DNA of 64,000 nt from Malacoraja senta (Eukaryota): assembly GCA_038087875.1 (NCBI GenBank), contig CM075987.1, positions 16,246,001 to 16,310,000 of the forward strand, given 5' to 3'. A program made the translations under genes and the position numbers. Below, piece by piece: positions 1 to 13,115 of this stretch. The notes under the pieces were generated by a model. That model saw only the letters and a program-made list of their open reading frames with translations, ran no database searches and was not told where the DNA came from. Numbering within the stretch: position 1 is the stretch's first letter; each line of letters starts with the position of its first letter.

Positions 1-216
1 CAGAACGGGGTGCTGATTTTGGATGATCAGCCATGATCACATTGAATGTCGGAGCTGACTCGAAGGGCCAAATAGCCGACTCCTGCACCTATTTTCTATG
101 TCTATGAGGCCGCTCCTCAACCTCGCAACTCTCACTTGACATGGACGATGAGGCTCATGGATTAAAATGGCTTGGGGCTTTTGGCAGGGTGGAGGCATAT
201 ACAAGAGTGGCAGTTA

Positions 217-1826
217 CAGTGCCCTCCATAATATTTGGGACAAAGACCCATCAATTATTTATTTGCCTCTGTACTCCACAATTTTGAGATTTGTAATAGA
301 AAACAAATCACATGTGGTTAAAGTGCACATTGTCAGATTTTTATGAAGGCCATTTTTGGTTTCACCATGTAGAAATTACAGCAGTGTTTATACATAGTCC
401 AACCCATTTTAGGGCACCTTAATGTTTGGGACACATGGCTTCGCGTGTGTTTGTAATTGCTCAGGTGTGTTTAATTGCCTCCTTAATGCAGGTATAAGCG
501 AGCTCTCAGCACCTAGTCTTTCCTCCAGTCTTTCTATCACGTTTGGAAACTTTAATTGCTGTTTATCAACATGAGGACCAAAGTTGTGCCAATAAAAGTC
601 AAAGAAGCCATTATGGGACTGAGAAACAAGAATAAAACGGTTAGAGACATCAGCCAAATCTTAGGCTTACCAAAATCAACTGTTTGGAACATCATTAAGA
701 AGAAAGAGAGCATTGGTGAGCTTACTAATCGCAAAGGGACTGGCAGGCCAAGGAAGACCTCCACAGCTGATGACAGAAGAATTCTCTCTATAATAAAGAA
801 AAAAAACCAAACACCTGTCCGACAGATCAGAAACACTCTTCAGGAGTCAGGTGTGGATTTGCCAATGACGACCGTCCGCAGAAAACTTCATGAACAGAAA
901 TACAGAGGCTACACTGCAAGATGCAACCCACTGGTTAGCCGCAAAAAATGGGATAGCCAGGTTACAGATTGTCAAGAAGTACTTAAAAGAGCAACCACAG
1001 TTCTGGAAAAAGGTGTTGTGGACAGATGAGACAAAGATTAACTTATATCAGAGTGATGGCAAGAGCAAAGTATGGAGGAGAGAAGGAACTGCCCAAGATC
1101 CAAAGCATACCATCTCATCTGTGAAACACGAAGGTGGGGGTGTTATGGGCTGGGCATGTATGGCTGCTGAAGGTACTGGCTCACTTATCTTCATTGATGA
1201 TACATCTGCTGATGGTAGTAGCATAATGAATTCTGAAGTGTATAGACACATCCTATCTACTCAAGTTCAAACAAATGCCTCAAGACTCATTGGCCGGCAG
1301 ATCCCCAACTAAAGCAACAAAGGAGTTTTTCAAAGCTACAAAATGGTAAATTCTTGTGTGGCCAAGTCAATCACCCGATCTGAACCCAATTGAACATGCC
1401 TTTTATATGCTGAAGAGAAAACTGAATGGGGCTAGCCCCAAAACAAGCATAAGCTAAAGATGGCTGCAATACAGGCCTGGCAGAGCATCACCCGGGAAGA
1501 CACCCAGCAACTGGTGATGTCCATGAATCGCAGACTTTAAACAGTCATTGCATGCAAAGGATATGCAACACAATACTAAACATGACTACTTTCATTTACG
1601 TGATATTGCTGTGTACCATACATTATGGTGCCCTGAAATAGGTGGACTATGTATAAACATTGCTGTAATTTCTACATGGTGAAACCAAAAATGGCCTTCA
1701 TAAAAATCTGACAATGTGCACTTTAACCACATGTGATTTGTTTTCTATTACAAATCTCAAATTGTGGAGTACAGAGGCAAATAAATAAATGATGGGTCTT
1801 TGTCCCAAACATTATGGAGGGCACTG
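217..1826 (+). mobile_element. Full-length Tc1/mariner DNA transposon with long IR/DR-type TIRs, decayed
   Basis: TA at 215-216 and 1827-1828. Ends CAGTGCCCTCCATAAT...ATTATGGAGGGCACTG. TIRs of ~210 bp (217-~435, ~1611-1826) each hold an inner copy of the terminal motif. It interrupts an older CR1-type 3' fragment that continues on both sides. Confidence 0.95.
571..1579 (+). pseudogene. Tc1-family transposase pseudogene
   Basis: Paired-like HTH and GRPRKT in ORF 556-1029. VLWTDETKINL and SSVKHEGGGVMGWACM in ORF 890-1312. WPSQSPDLNPIEH at ~1358-1397. Frameshift near 945, the QDNDPKH motif is deleted near 1300, and there are internal stops. Confidence 0.92.
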
Positions 1827-2308
1827 TAAGAGGTTTTTAGATAGGCAGAGGGCTATGCAAGGTATGGATCACATCCAGGGAGAGAGGAATAGTTTAACTT
1901 TGCATCATGTTCGGCACTTACAATATGGGCAAAAGTGACCATAAATAAGTTTGTCTTTTCCACACTGGGGAAAAAGGTTCTGTCTGTGAAAATACTTTGA
2001 CGATTCAAATATTATTCCATTTCATTCTGCTTAGATGAATAAGATTGAATTCTGTCTGAATTAAAGCTCCAATCCTTCCCCAATCATCAACTGTGATTTC
2101 CAAGATATGTGACAAGGGAGGCAGACAGGGAAATAAACCATTATTTACCAGTTGTAAACTGTCAAGGAAACTATTACTTACAGTGCTTTGTTGACTCAAT
2201 GCTCATGCAGAACAACACTCAGGTCCCTGGCTCTTTTACCTTCTGTACTCAAGCACTATTTCATTGAAGGCCTTTCCTGAGATTGTTTCCCGAGATTGCC
2301 ACAGTTTA

Positions 2309-2590
2309 AGAGTAAGGAGTAAGCCATTTAGAATGGAGATGAGGAAAAACTTTTTCACACAGAGAGTTGTGAGTCTGTGGAATTCTCTGGCTCAGAGGGT
2401 GGTGGAGGCTTGTTCTCTGGATGCTTTCAAGAGAGAGCTAGAAAGAGCTCTTAAAGATAGCAGAGTCAAGGGATAGTGGGAGAAGGCAGGAACGGGGTAT
2501 TGATTGTGGATGATCAGCCATGATCACATTGAATGGCGGTGCTGGCTCGAGGGGCCGAATGGCCTACTCCTGCACCTATTGTCTATTGTA
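2309..2590 (+). mobile_element. CR1-like LINE 3' fragment
   Basis: HSLRVRSKPFRMEMRKNFFTQRVVSLWNSL...FKRELE ORF2 C-terminus, followed by the 3' tail GGCCGAATGGCCTACTCCTGCACCTATT. Confidence 0.85.
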
Positions 2591-3899
2591 CTCATCCTCA
2601 TAAACCTGACATCTTTCCTCTTCCTCCTTTGGGAAGGCAGCTTGTCAGCAGCAACATCAGTCACACAGAGCTTGCAGGTTTCTTCTTTCTTCTCTCCCAG
2701 CCTGAATCAGGTAAAGGACAAATCATTCTGAAGGCCTCATTTAAGAGGCTTTTCTAAATCGGCACCAGGCAGAGGAGATTAGTTTATGGATGGCGCATTC
2801 GTGGGTCGTCGTGTCTGGATCAATTTGTTGGTGGAGTGGGCTTGATTAGATCGGGCCGAGTACATGTCTAAGAATCCGAGCTCGCAGATTAGACACAATC
2901 ACCAACAGCACGGATGGCATTGACAACTCCTCCTGGCCAGGCCCACCCCTGCAACTCCAGGACAACAGGCCTTTATGGACATTAGGACTCTACAGTTTTA
3001 TTAACTTAAAGGGTACAAGACAACAGCGACTACCTCAGTGCAATCTGCTTTTCTTACACTCCAGTACTTGTGTTTCATTGTGCCTATGTATTGTAATTTT
3101 TTCTTACTGGGCTGAATGGAAAAAAGGAGTTTCTCTGTACCTACGTACACGTAGCAAAAAAGTTTAATTGATTGTCTGGACTCAAATCGTCACCAATTCA
3201 TGTCCTCCAGAGATGCTTCCTGACCTCCTGAGTTACTCCAGCACTTGGTGTCCTTACCATTGATTGAATTATTGGCATCATGTTAGGCAGTCACTGTGGG
3301 CTGAAGGGCCTGTCCCTGTATGGTGCTGTTCTATCAATCAGTCTGATTGCTGCTTGCTAGTTACAGGAACCTCCAGCGCCCTGCAGACTGGCTGAGAGCA
3401 AAATCTCCAGCCAGCTCATTCTACGGTACTATATCTGAATGTCAAGCTGCTGCTTGGAGTGTCGAACTCCCTGGATACCAGGTGCATTCTGCAAATTTAA
3501 TTATTCACCTACATCCTCAGCCTTGGCATCCGTGCTCTGGACAAATTAAACTAGATTGGATTAAATCAGCACCTGGATGGACTATGGTGCAACAGTCTTT
3601 ACCCCCAATTCCACATCAGGCCCAGGTTTGATACAGACAGACAGCACCCATAGTCAGGATCGAACCTGGACCTCTGGCGCTCAAAGGGAGCAACTATACC
3701 GTTGCACCACTGGGTCACCCTTATTTGGTTTATCAGAAATATACAAACATGTCCCATCAGCCCCCAACCCAAATATTCCACCCCTCTACCCACTCAGGGG
3801 CAAAGCCCTGATCCACACTATAACATTCTCTTCCCAATCCTTGCCCAAATCATCCCCAACCAGAGGTCCTGCAGGAACTCGGAGACTCACTGAGTGCCG

Positions 3900-4400
3900 G
3901 ATATGTGGCGTTTAGGACAATATTATACTGGAAGCCTAGGTACAACCTCCTGAAGGCTACCAAGAGCACAAAGATAATTTCAGGCTAAGCTGGAGTCACA
4001 GATGGTTACTCGACAGCTGCGGCAAGGCTTGCATGCTTTCACCTCCACCAAGGCAAAATTGGGTAGCATTAGCCCCAATGAAGCATCACTTATGGATGAG
4101 TTCAATGCCACGCCATGTAGGTAGCCCTCAGCAAGTTCATGCTCGCTCTGAAAGAGAGACAATGACACACCCACATGAACTCCCTCATCCCCTGATGACC
4201 ATGTGATCTCAGTCTCCGAGGCCCTTATTCAAAAGTAGACAATCCACTCAAAGCATTTGGCCCAGGCAGCTTGGCTAACCGAGTACTAAAGACCCAGACA
4301 GTCCTGCTGCCTGGAACATTCAAGGACATCTTCAACCTCTCACTCCTGCAGTCTGAAGTTCCCACCTGCTTCAATTGTACTGGTGCCCAAGAAGAGGACG
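3900..4400 (+). mobile_element. Degenerate Rex1/Babar-like LINE fragment
   Basis: GACATCTTCAACCTCTCACT (DIFNLSL) and flanks similar to the better copy at 54.6-54.9 kb; boundaries approximate. Confidence 0.55.
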
Positions 4401-5309
4401 GTGCTGGTACTATCTAGCAGATTATGTGGTGTACCTTTCCAATCACTTGTTATATTTGTATACTAACTTGGTATTTTATTTTAGGGCACTTTGTCCCACT
4501 GTACAGCAGCAGTTAATCTTAATTGAAACACTTTTCACTTCCTCCTACCAAAATGGATGATTTCACATTTCCCCATATTAATCTTCATGTGTCCTTTTAA
4601 AAAAAAACATTTACACTAACTTAACCTATTTTTATCCTTTTGGATACTCAGAGCTCACACCTATCTTTGTATCATTAGTAAATCTAGCCACAAATACTCC
4701 CTTCATCCAATATAGATTGTAATTAGTTGAACCATTGCACTGATCTCAGTTGAACCCAACCAGGTACAGCATGTTAATCTGAAAAGGTTATGGTTTATTA
4801 TTGTCACACGTACCAAGGAATGGTGAAAAGCTTTTGTTTGTGCAGTACAGAATTAAATAAGATCATTCTATCTACATGAGTGCAATCAAGTCATACACAA
4901 GTACAACAGGTAGAGCAAAGAGAAAAGAGCCAGCGTGCAGAATAGAGTTTTGTAGCATTGCATTCCCAGAGAAACAGTGCAAAGACCACAACGAGGTAGG
5001 AAGGAAGATCAGGACTACACTATAGCTCATGGGAGGACCATTCAGAAATCTGATAAAATGCTAATGCACGCTAATATATCACCTCTCTTCTCTCCCCCCC
5101 CCCCCCCCCCCCACGCTAAGCAATGTTTCATATTTTTTGGAATTTAAAGAGACGATATCTACAGATTCCTGTTTAACCTTCTTACTAGTTATAACACTCT
5201 TGGATTTAGTAATTTCCCTTTCATGAAACCATATTAAATCTGCTTACTTTTTTTTTCTAAATCTGCTTTTCAGCATCTAATCAGGATCCTAGCAGAAAAT
5301 GTTGCTTCT

Positions 5310-5700
5310 TCATTAACCATGGATGAAGTCCTGGATGACTGGATGATAGCAAACATCATTTCTTTATTCTAGATGGACAGCAGGGAGAAGCCAATTAATT
5401 CCAGGACAGTGAGGCTTACATCAATGCGAGGTAAACTACTGGAAATAATTCTAAGAGACAAGATTTATCCTCACTTGGGAAGGCAGTAATTCATCAGGAA
5501 TAGTCAGCATGGCTTTGCTCGTGGGAAAACCTGGCTCAGACATTTGATTACATTTTTGAAGAAGTAACTAAGTATATTGATGGGGGCGGTAGAGTGGACA
5601 TTTTCTACGTGCACTTTAATAATGTCTTGCACAAGATCCTGTGTGGTAGCCTGATCCAGACAGTTGGAGGCCATTGGATCCAAAATTAGCTTGGAAATAG
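5310..5700 (+). mobile_element. Degenerate CR1-like RT fragment
   Basis: Decayed VPDDWxxANI and SQHGFxRGK-like motifs; boundaries approximate. Confidence 0.6.
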
Positions 5701-6296
5701 GAGATAGATAATACAATCACATCAAAATGATTATTCCCTTCCCATCTCTACGTTTTAGCCGTGCAGACTCTTGGGATGATGTCCCCAAGAATATCCTCTC
5801 CGAGCACTGTGGTTACTTCCTAACTGATCAAAAAAGGAAAACCCCTCCTGCATTTATTACACCTATACCCTGGATTAATGAGTTGCCAGAACCACCCTTC
5901 TCTCAGCCATGTCCTGTCTGCTAATCCCCAGCGCCCACACACTCCCCATGCACCCACAATCCCCACTGTGTCATTAGTAGAAACAGATTAACTTTTTTTA
6001 TTTCATTGATGTTTCTGGTGTATTTCAGCAATCAGTGCACATCAACATGGTTCAGACTATAAGAAAACCTGCAGAGGCCACTCAGCCGCTCGAGCTTGCC
6101 TGACCATTCAATGAGATCATGACCAATATACTCCTGGCCTCAACTCCTATCGTGTTTTCAGCTTTATCGTGACATAATTGGAGAAATTTCAAAGCATGAG
6201 GTGATCCATTTTCAATGTACAGTTTCATACAATGATAATCAATTTAAATATTCTCCACAAATTATTTGTCTTCCCTGGATAATAAGGGTGTCATTT

Positions 6297-6566
6297 TTGT
6301 TCAGTTTAGAGATACAGCGAAGAAACAAGAGCCATCGGCCCATCAAGTCCGTGCCAACCAACAATCACACTAGTTCTATCGTTTAATGTTAGGGGCAATT
6401 AACACGGGCCAATTAACCTGCATGTCATTGGAATGCGGGAGGAAACCAGAGCACCTGGAGAAAACCCATATGGTCACAGGGAGAACGTATAAACTCCACA
6501 CGCTTGTGGTCAGGATCCCTGATGTTTATGAGGCAGCAACTCTACCGCCGCACCACCATGCCGCCT
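6297..6566 (-). mobile_element. HE1-like tRNA-derived V-SINE
   Basis: Reverse complement has a tRNA-like head (GGCGGCATGGTGGTGCGGCGGTAGAGTTGCTGCCTCA), the V-domain GTGGAGTTT..GTTCTCCC and a LINE-type tail. Confidence 0.8.
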
Positions 6567-8599
6567 ATTTGTGGACAAAACTGGGCAGAATGCCAGGGCT
6601 TGTTGTTCTGGAATTACTGCCCACGGGACAATTGCATGAATAGCTATTTATCATGAGCTTGATGTGAAAGAGCTCTCCTCGTGCTCAGCATTTACACTTT
6701 AACTCATTAATATCCAACATCACTTAACTGGTAAACTCGTGGTCAAACTGAAAAACAAAATGAAATTAACTGCTTATCTGAAATTAAAACACAAAATGTT
6801 GGAAATACCCAAACAGTTAGGTAGCTTCTGTGGTGAGAGGAATTGAAATAAACCCCATTCAACAGGGAAAAACTAGAATACAATACATTTAAAGAATCAA
6901 AAAACCTGCAGAGGCCAAAAACCTGAAATAAAATAATGGCCAAGGGCCTTGATCCTGAAACCAAACACAAAGTGCTGAAGGAACTCAGTGGGTCGGGCAG
7001 CATCTGTGAAAGGAGTGGACAAGTGACATTTAAGGTTGCTTCAGTCAGGGGAGATGGTGTTCCCACCCTCATCCCAGTACACACACATTTCTTCCACTAT
7101 CACCCCAATCACCCTGCTCCTTTCCCCTCCTCCATATATATTTGTCTCCCATCCCAGCAGACCACATTTCTCTTTCATCGTCCCTCTTCCCCCTCCCTGT
7201 ATACCTTTCCACTCATGTCCCTCCCTCTAGCTTTACAATTCACTCCTCCTCCTCATTATTATTATTTGCTTTCCATCACTAATAAAGGTGTTTGTGGACA
7301 AAACTGGGCACAATGCCAGGGCTTGTTGTTCTGGAATCACTGCCCACAGGACAACTGCATTTTATATGCAATAGCTATTTATGGTGGGTTTGATGGGAAA
7401 GCTCTCTCCTCCCCCTCAATGTTCACACTTTAACATTCATTCTCAAGTTCACAAAACTGTGCAATTTCTCCACCTCATCTTCTCATCTGACACGCTTTTG
7501 CTTCCTTTTTCACCTCCAGCTTTTGTCAATCACTTCCCCTCACCCCATATCCGCCTATCACTTGCCAGGCCTTGTCGCGCTCCCATCTCTCTTTTCCAGC
7601 TTTCTCCCTCCTATACCATCAGTCTGAAGAAGGGTCCTGACCTGAAACGTCCTTTGTCCATTCCCAACACAAATGTTGCCTGACCCACTGAGATCCTCCA
7701 GCACATTGTGTTTTACTCAAGATTCCAGCATCTGCAGTTCCTGGTATCTGCGTGGACCAAAACTTTCCCTTTCAGCAGATGCTGCTGGCCTGCTAAACAC
7801 TTCCAACATTTTTAAAGTTAGAAAACATGTTGTGGGTGAACCAGGAATGTGGGTAGAGAGAACAAAGAAAATGTCAGTGATTGTATGAAGAACACGAGAG
7901 ACCGAATGAAGCAAATGGTGGCATCAACATTCTCTCCGGAGACAAATAACAGGAGACAAGACCATCCAATGTGATGGACTGGGCTACATCCAGAAATTGC
8001 AGAGAGTTATGGATGTAGCCCAGTCCATCACACAACCAGACTCCACACCACTGACTGCATCCACCACTGACTCCATCTACACATCATGCTGCCTCGGGAA
8101 CACAAACAACATAATCAATGACTTTTCCCACTCCTACGTCTCCCAGCTTCCATCAAGCCAAAGATACAGAAGCTTGAAAGCGCGCACCACCAGATTCAGG
8201 AACAGCTTCTTCCTCTCTGTAACCAGACTTCTGAACAGTACTGTCATAAGCTAGGGTATTGTCCAATTCTCCTCTACCCCATTATGGGCATTGGATTTTG
8301 TCTCCAGAACTGATGTACAACAACCCTGGGAACCATATTCTGCACTGTGTGCCTTTCCCTTACTCTACCTATTGTACACGAGTTTGACTTGATTGCATTT
8401 ACATATATTATTAGATCTGACTGGCGTGCATGCTAAATAATGCTATTAATTGTATCTCAGAACACGTGAATCTATCTAAAAGTTAATAAAATTGGGAAAA
8501 ATGTAACAGGCAAACCAATCCCAATTTTACTCCTTCACTTAGTCAATATTAATTATGATGATGTAAAGAACTAACCTGGTCTATCCACTGATAATGTCT

Positions 8600-9305
8600 C
8601 CGCATGACATGCAAGGCAGCGCTCCTACCGCATGTAAATCCCAATTCATTGCACGCCCTCCCTTCAAAGTGCCGCTCATGCCACACCCTGCCGTCCTCTC
8701 TCGGCTGCAGTCAGGCTGCGCTCCCGCCCGGTTACCGTCTCCATCCGCTGCTCGCCCAGCTACTGTCTGTATCCACTCCCCCCTCCCTCGATGTATCCAC
8801 TCCCCCCCCCCCTCGATGTATCCACTCCCCCCCCCCTCGATGTATCCACTCCCCCCCCTCAATGTATCCACTCCCCCCTCCCTCGATGTATCCACTTCCC
8901 CCCCTCGATGTATCCACTTCCCCCCCCTCGATGTATCCACTTCCCCCCCTCGATGTATCCACTTCCCCCCCTCGATGTATCCACTTCCCCCCCTCAATGT
9001 ATCCACTCCCCCCTCCCTCGATGTATCCACTCCCCCCTCCCTCGATGTATCCACTTCCCCCCTCAATGTATCCACTCCCCCCTCGATGTATGCACTCTCT
9101 CCCTTCATCCATTGACTTACGTGCTCCCTCTGACGACCCGCCTCCCCTGGGCTGGGCTGGGCCGGGCTAAGTCGAGCCGGGCTAAGTCGCACTTGTCCGG
9201 TCCTCGTGGCCGCGCCTAGGCGCGTTCACCCCGCGCGCGCGCGCCTGGCATCTTGCGCGAGCGTGCTCCTGCTACCCACCTCACTGCAGCACGCTGCCCG
9301 AGGTG
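8600..9305 (-). promoter_or_regulatory. CpG-rich putative promoter and first exon(s) of an unidentified minus-strand gene
   Basis: Dense CpG/CGCG in non-TE sequence at 8600-8760 and 9120-9300. Consensus donor CAC|GTAAGT at 9120-9115 (minus) and a second donor ACG|GTAACC at 8735-8730. Confidence 0.5.
8768..9090. repeat. C-rich minisatellite, ~20-24 bp unit GATGTATCCACT(T)CCCCCC(TCC)CTC
   Basis: About 15 tandem units read directly; G-runs on the minus strand. Confidence 0.95.
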
Positions 9306-9403
9306 TTAATGTTACCCTTTATGCTTGCTGCAAAACACTGGAGGAGATGGGATGTAATTTAAAACATATGCACAACGGAGGTGGGCCAAAATATATACGT
9401 GTT

Positions 9404-9438
<35 letters not shown>

Positions 9439-9450
9439 GCATATATATAC

Positions 9451-9685
9451 AGTGGGACAGGCAGCATCTCTGGAGAGAAGGAATAGGTGACGTTTTGGAT
9501 CGAGAATTTTTTTCAGACCCTCTGTGTATATGTACACATTGATGTGTGTGCGTGTGTGTATATACACACACATATATATATATATATATACACATATATA
9601 TACACACACACATATATATATATATATATACACATATATATACACACACACATATATATATATATATACACATATATATACACAC

Positions 9686-9732
<47 letters not shown>

Positions 9733-9890
9733 TATATATATATATGTATATACACACACGCACACACATCAATGTGTACATATACACAGAGGGTCTGAAA
9801 AAAATTCTCGATCCAAAACGTCACCTATTCCTTCTCTCCAGAGATGCTGCCTGTCCCACTGAGTTTCTCCAGCATTTTGTGCCTATCTTT
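9451..9890. repeat. Inverted repeat with perfect 116-bp arms (PLE terminal repeat plus flank) around a (TA)n/(CA)n spacer
   Basis: 9451-9566 is the exact reverse complement of 9745-9860. Confidence 0.92.
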
Positions 9891-11199
9891 TACATACATA
9901 ATGCATCAACCTTGGTATATCTGTATACATTTAGATCCCATTCCCTCCACAGATGCTGCCTGAACTGCTAAATTCCTCCAGGACTTTGTGTTTTGCTCAT
10001 GATTCCAGCATCTGCAGTTCCTTGTATCCACCAAGACTCGGCACATTCAGCAGATCAGGCAACATCTGTGGAGAGAGAAAGAAAGTTAACATTTCAGGTT
10101 AATGATCATCTTCCACCACCCAGTCACCCTGCCCTAAACTCATCTCCCACACCTGATTCACACATTTCCTTGTATCCAATCTTTTAATTCCGCCTGTCCT
10201 CTTCCGCCCATATCTCTCCCTCCAGCTTCACATTTCACTCCCCTTCTCTCTTGTTATCGGACACCATTTTGTCTCCTTTTCACCTATAGTCTTTGTCACT
10301 TACACCATCCTTCTGCCTCAACTGTATCCACCTGTCACTTGCCAGGATTTGTCCCTTCCCACATGTCATCTCCAGCTTTCTCCCTCCCACTCCATCAGTC
10401 TGCAGAAGGGTCCCAGCCCGAAATGTAATATGTCCATTTCCTCCACAGATGCTGCCTGACCCACTGAGTTCCTCCAGCAATTTGTGTTGCACGCCCTCCT
10501 GCAGTTCCTCGTGTCTTCAGGTTAATGACCTTTCTGTTTATTTTTAGATCTCCAAGAATATTCCTTTCATCACAACCTCTGTCCAAACATCATAACATTG
10601 CCTATCCATCCCCACCCCTAACCCTTCTTCAAGATGAATCCTTATCCATGCCCTTGTCACCTTCACATTCAACTGTTCCAATCTCCAATTTCAGGTGAAA
10701 AACAAAGTGCTGGAGGAACTCACTTGGTCAGGCAGCATCTGTGGAGGGAATAGACAGATGATGTTTCTGATTGGGGTCCTTCACTCACCGCCTTCCTTTC
10801 ATATTAGATTCCATAATCTGCAGTCTTTTCTTGTCTCCACTAATCACCTCCCTGATTCTATCACTGTCTTCTCCCCTACCCCATCTGCCTATGCACACCC
10901 CACACTTCTCTGTACAGGCTCTCCATCCTTTATACTCAGTCCTGATGCAGGTTCTCACCCTGAAATGTTAACCATCCCTCAGTCTCCACACATGCTGCCT
11001 GATCCACTGAGTTCCTTCAGCAACTTGGGGTTTTTTTGCACCTGTTCCCATGACCTATAATGTAATCAGCCAATTTTCATTCTGTTGATACAATGATTTT
11101 ACCACCAACTTTTACCCCTGAAAATCTCTCAAGCTTAAAATTCTTCATTAAAATATATTGTGGCCCTGGTCTTTTTTAAACCATCACTGTAAGAGCAAT

Positions 11200-11328
11200 G
11201 TGTGGGAAGGAACTGCAGGTGCTGGTTTAAACCGAAGATAGAAACAAAAAGCTGGAGCAACTCAGCGGGACATGCAGCATCTCTGAGAGAAGGAATGGGT
11301 AATGTTTCGGGTTGAGACCCTTCTTCAG
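11200..11328 (-). mobile_element. Monomeric PLE terminal-repeat insertion with hammerhead-like core
   Basis: Same family as the PLE 3' end; TSD ACTGTAAGAGCAAT at 11186-11199 and 11329-11342. Confidence 0.8.
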
Positions 11329-11740
11329 ACTGTAAGAGCAATAGTAGGCTGTCTAGCCCCTCATTTCCCAATGTCTTGACTACACTTCAAACATTGATTA
11401 ATCTCAGAATTTAAAGTGTTAATTCTGCCAGCAGCTGGTGGGTTTTTTTGTAGGAGAGAGTTCCCCAAATCTCTCCTGGTATGACCTGGCTTTGATTTTA
11501 AGGCCTTGCCCTGTAACAATTTCAATCTGCCCTGTTAATTCCTAATTGATGGAATTACATATTTGCAGTAGGATGCATGGCAACTGGATAAGCTGTGCCT
11601 CTCTGCTGTTGAATCAAGCTAACCTTGTGTTGACATGAAGTGCTACTAATGTGTAACTCCTGCATGTCTAAAAACTTTTAGGACAGAATTCAGATATAGA
11701 ACCTTTATTTTATTAGGATTAAGAATATCTTAGTTGTGTA

Positions 11741-11940
11741 AAGATAGACACAAAATGCTGGAGTAAATCAGCAGGACAGGCAGCATCTCTGGAGAGAAGG
11801 AATGGGTGACATTTCACATTGAGACCCTTCTTCAGAGCTTCATTCCTTCTCTTCAGAGATGCTGCCTGTCCTGCCAAGTTACTCCAGCATTTTGTGTCTA
11901 TCTTCGGTTTAAATCAGCATCTGCAGTTCCTTCCTACACA
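11741..11940 (+). mobile_element. PLE-derived fold-back element
   Basis: Inverted short arm plus full arm with tail; TSD TC(T/A)TAGTTGTGTA at 11728-11740 and 11941-11953. Confidence 0.8.
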
Positions 11941-12590
11941 TCATAGTTGTGTAGACAAGCAAAAATCACAAGGGGCCATTGAGTTGGAGGGAGTGCAGAT
12001 GAGGATGACCAGAATGATGCCTGGAGTAGATGGTATTAGCTACAAGGCGAGGTTGGACAAAGTTGGATTGTTTTCTCTGGAATGTCGGACACTGAGGGAA
12101 GTCCTGGTCGAAGTATATAAAATTATGAGAGGCATAGATAGGATGTTCAGTCAGTACCTTTTTCCCAGGATGCAAAGTTTAAAGGAAATATGCAGGGCAT
12201 TTTTTTAATGTAGAGAGTGGTGCAGAGTTCTATATTTTCTCTCTCTCGTTCTCGCTTTCTATCACGCAAGCTTTACAGCTTGTATATTTCACAGAGTGTC
12301 CTCCTGGAGCATAATAGGATACAACACTTTGATGGATTTTTCATATCAGATTTTATTTGTTTGGTGTACACTTTCCATCACTGTTAAAAAAGAAACATTG
12401 CAGTAGGCTTTTTGCAAGACACCATCACTCCACCTGACTAAGTGGAAACTGTTCCAATATCAACAAATTGATACATTATGAAACTCTCCACAGAGAGAAG
12501 CTTCCACCAGAAAGCTATGGAAGCAGATACAATTACATCTCTCAAAAGACATTTGGACAGATATATGAATAGGAAGGTGTTAGAAGGTTA

Positions 12591-13115
12591 CTAGAGCAAG
12601 TGGGACCCGTTGGGTCCCTGTCACATGTGAGGCCTGGTCCCCCAACGCAACCCGTTCCCCCAACGCAATATTCAACCACTCACCCATAGCGCCCGCAGGA
12701 GGCCTGGTCCCCCGACGCAACCCGTTTCCCAACGCAATATTCCAGCACTCACCCGTTCCCCCAACGCAACCCGTTCCCCCAACACAATATCCCACCACTC
12801 ACCATAGCTCCCAGCTGCACAGGGGCTGCTCATTTCGCCTTATTCGCCCTCCCTCATTTAAAACTTTTAAAAATATTCAGTGTTCTGTGACTTCTAGAGA
12901 TAGCAGGACTCAGTGTACTTGGATAGCAACAATGTTTGCAAGCAGGGTTACAATCCCATTGTGACGTCATAGCTGTAAGCACAGGGAAGACATTTTTCTC
13001 AAATTGGGGTTTTGTAAATCTAAAAAAGTCAATAGCTTGTGAAATATAACATCAATCTGAACGAAACCTGACACAAAAGAACCACAGGACAATTGTGATT
13101 AAGGTAGTGCAAAAA
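12591..13115 (-). mobile_element. Non-autonomous Helitron-like element (3' end clear, 5' end uncertain)
   Basis: Minus strand ends GGGACCC-AAC-GGGTCCC hairpin (12602-12618), then ACTTGCT-CTAG|T. Internal CCCCAACGCAACCCGTT repeats. Interrupts a CR1 tail with no visible TSD. Confidence 0.55.

Noticed and set aside
8581..9971. Overlapping Pro/Gly-rich and YI-repeat ORFs
   Set aside because: Products of a minisatellite and a (TA)/(CA) microsatellite
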